Assembly (NCBI GenBank): GCA_964016885.1
Contig: OZ024742.1
Location: forward strand, 296,422,001 to 296,486,000
From: Eledone cirrhosa
Lineage: Eukaryota
Length of the DNA: 64,000 nucleotides
Reading direction: 5' to 3'
The notes below the pieces were generated by a model. It ran no database searches, was not told the origin of the DNA, and saw only the letters and a list, made by a program, of their open reading frames with translations. Position numbers and translations under genes: made by a program. Below are positions 63,001 through 64,000 of the stretch, in pieces; the stretch's first letter is position 1, and each line of letters opens with the position of its first letter.

Positions 63001-63651
63001 ATTGTATATAAAGTTATGTTGAAAGGTTTTTAGTTAAATATAAATAATTTTAAGATCAACATGTGGGTTGGTATCAAAGGTTTAAGGCATTCATTGTTAG
63101 ATCAAACAGTTAAGGATTGGCAGATCTATTAAAGAATCAAACAAAATGCTCTACTGTATTTCTTCTTGCTCTTTATGCTTTGAGTTAAAATCCTGCTGAA
63201 GCCAACTTTCCAGGGTTGACAAAATAAAAGTACCAGTCAAATACTGGAGTTCATATAATTGATTGTCTTATCCCTCTAAATTGCTGATCTCATACCTAAA
63301 CCAGAGGTATTGCTTTTTCTCATAAAAAGGAAGTAATCAACAACATACATCTATGTTTTGTGTTATTTACTATTTTATATTTTTACTGGTTTCAGCCATT
63401 AAACTATGACCACGCTGGAGCATTGCTTCGAATGTTTTAGTCCATAGTATCTACCCCAATACTAAATTAGATCTGGTGCTTATTTAATTAATCTCTGTTT
63501 ATTGGAATGTTTAGTTAGGAACAAAAAGGGACAGCTCATAAGCACAGACATGCAGGCATACACACATGCTCCACCACACAACAATACCACAAACACCATA
63601 AAACATTACAAAGAGATGCAAAAACAACTCAATATATTATGCAGAGTATAT

Positions 63652-63920
63652 ATCATCCTCATCATTTTACATCTGCTTTTCCTTGCTTGCAAGGGTGGGA
63701 TGGGTCCTCTTCAGTACAACAGCTCTACATTCGTCATAGTTCTTTGTCATCTCCTCTGTGAGCTTCAGCGATCTGAGGCAGCTCTCACCACCTCCACCCA
63801 TGTTTTTTGTGGTCTTCTACTGCGTCTTCCTTCCACCAGGATTTCTTGGCACTTCTGCACCCTGTGGTCATCTTCCATGTGCATCACATGGCCATACCAA
63901 TGCAGTCTTCTCTCCTGCAT
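63652..63920 (-). mobile_element. RTE LINE 3' fragment
   Basis: QERRLHWYGHVMHMEDDHRVQKCQEILVEG...KTWVEVVRA on the minus strand, then a (tga)-like tail. Confidence 0.8.
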
Positions 63921-64000
63921 ACTTTATATATTTATATATTTATAATTTTGAAATCACAAATGGGTCTTGTATTACTCAGAGACTAAGAGTTTCCTGTGAA

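Overview
AT-rich eukaryotic (metazoan) DNA made almost entirely of repeats. The SINE, RTE and Penelope content and the dense (TA)n/(CATA)n tracts suggest a cephalopod such as Octopus; this is inference, not a database result. I found no convincing host protein-coding exon. Main contents: (1) many RTE-clade LINE remnants sharing a 3' end (GGAAGGGCATCCAGC...CCATGCTAGCATGG...(TGA)n); (2) a Chapaev3-type DNA transposon with CAC...GTG termini and a TTA TSD (3786-5759); (3) a ~6.4 kb array of ~133 x 48-bp units (14.7-21.1 kb) whose unit matches a module in the RTE 3' UTR/SINE tail and shows higher-order structure; (4) a near full-length CR1/L2-group LINE (PHD-finger ORF1, APE-RT ORF2; 21.1-25.3 kb) plus truncated copies; (5) two Penelope-like elements (RT + GIY-YIG), both internally inverted, one with a minimal hammerhead ribozyme; (6) R4/Dong-type RLE retroelement pieces embedded in (TATG)n; (7) a non-autonomous Helitron, piggyBac- and Tc1-like MITEs, and two tRNA-derived SINE families; (8) a 16 x 52-bp array built from a SINE 5' head. 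The most notable theme is retroelement modules (3' UTR, SINE head) seeding minisatellites, with several stages visible in one window.
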